Positions 63,753 to 64,000 of a stretch of 64,000 bases of DNA are shown here, one piece after another. How positions within the stretch are numbered: the first letter of the stretch is position 1; the number at the start of each line of letters is the position of its first letter. A program made the position numbers and the translations under genes. This DNA comes from an uncultured Verrucomicrobiae bacterium (GTDB taxonomy: Bacteria; Verrucomicrobiota; Verrucomicrobiia; Chthoniobacterales; UBA10450), in NCBI GenBank assembly GCA_963815455.1, contig CAWFGO010000005.1, positions 128,001 through 192,000 of the forward strand, in the 5' to 3' direction. The notes below the pieces were generated by a model that saw nothing but the letters and a program-made list of their open reading frames with translations, was not told the DNA's origin and searched no databases.

Positions 63753-63974
63753 CTACTCAGGTAGCTCGTCCATCATTTCGCGTTTCAAATGCTGGCGCGC
63801 GGATTTCTTGATCGCGCGCCGCGCGGCCGCTACGGCTTGCTTCTCCGCCTTGCGTTCGTTTCGCGTGCGCGGATCGATCATGCTGGGCAAATGCGAAACC
63901 TTCGGCCGCTGCGCGCCTGTCTTCTTTTCCTTGGGCTTGGCGTAGGGATCCACGGTTGAGCTTATCACCGGCAT
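63753..63974 (-). CDS. Small basic hypothetical protein
   Basis: Clean 73-aa ORF convergent on metG; helical, K/R-rich. Confidence 0.55.
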   Translation of the reverse strand: MPVISSTVDPYAKPKEKKTGAQRPKVSHLPSMIDPRTRNERKAEKQAVAAARRAIKKSARQHLKREMMDELPE

Positions 63975-64000
63975 CCGACTTGCGAAAACCTCTAACTGTT

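Overview
This is a bacterial chromosome segment, most likely from a soil Verrucomicrobiota (Chthoniobacterales/Spartobacteria-like), judged from 16S signatures, dockerin-tailed secreted proteins and the intergenic repeat families. Many genes are split by 1-bp indels, including housekeeping sdhB, which suggests long-read assembly error; frameshifts were therefore joined and not treated as pseudogenisation. Layout: (1) 0-20 kb, envelope and secreted proteins, including three genes sharing one N-terminal domain, one of them carrying three tandem OmpH/Skp domains; (2) 23.7-36.5 kb, an accessory/defence island (Hailong-like channel + NTase, HigB/HigA-IrrE + Beta protein, IS3, Lit-like peptidase, DUF4257, VapBC) bounded by a family of structured repeats; (3) a stand-alone 16S rRNA gene with a 109-nt hairpin in helix 10; (4) 39-64 kb, mostly core genes: fluoride riboswitch-crcB, a UGA-containing Rdx selenoprotein missed by the ORF track, sulfite oxidase, MBL-rhodanese, an Sdh operon interrupted by a TA pair, arsS, pdxJ, acpS, an unlisted GG-motif peptide and metG. 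All calls are from visual motif recognition; no database search was run.
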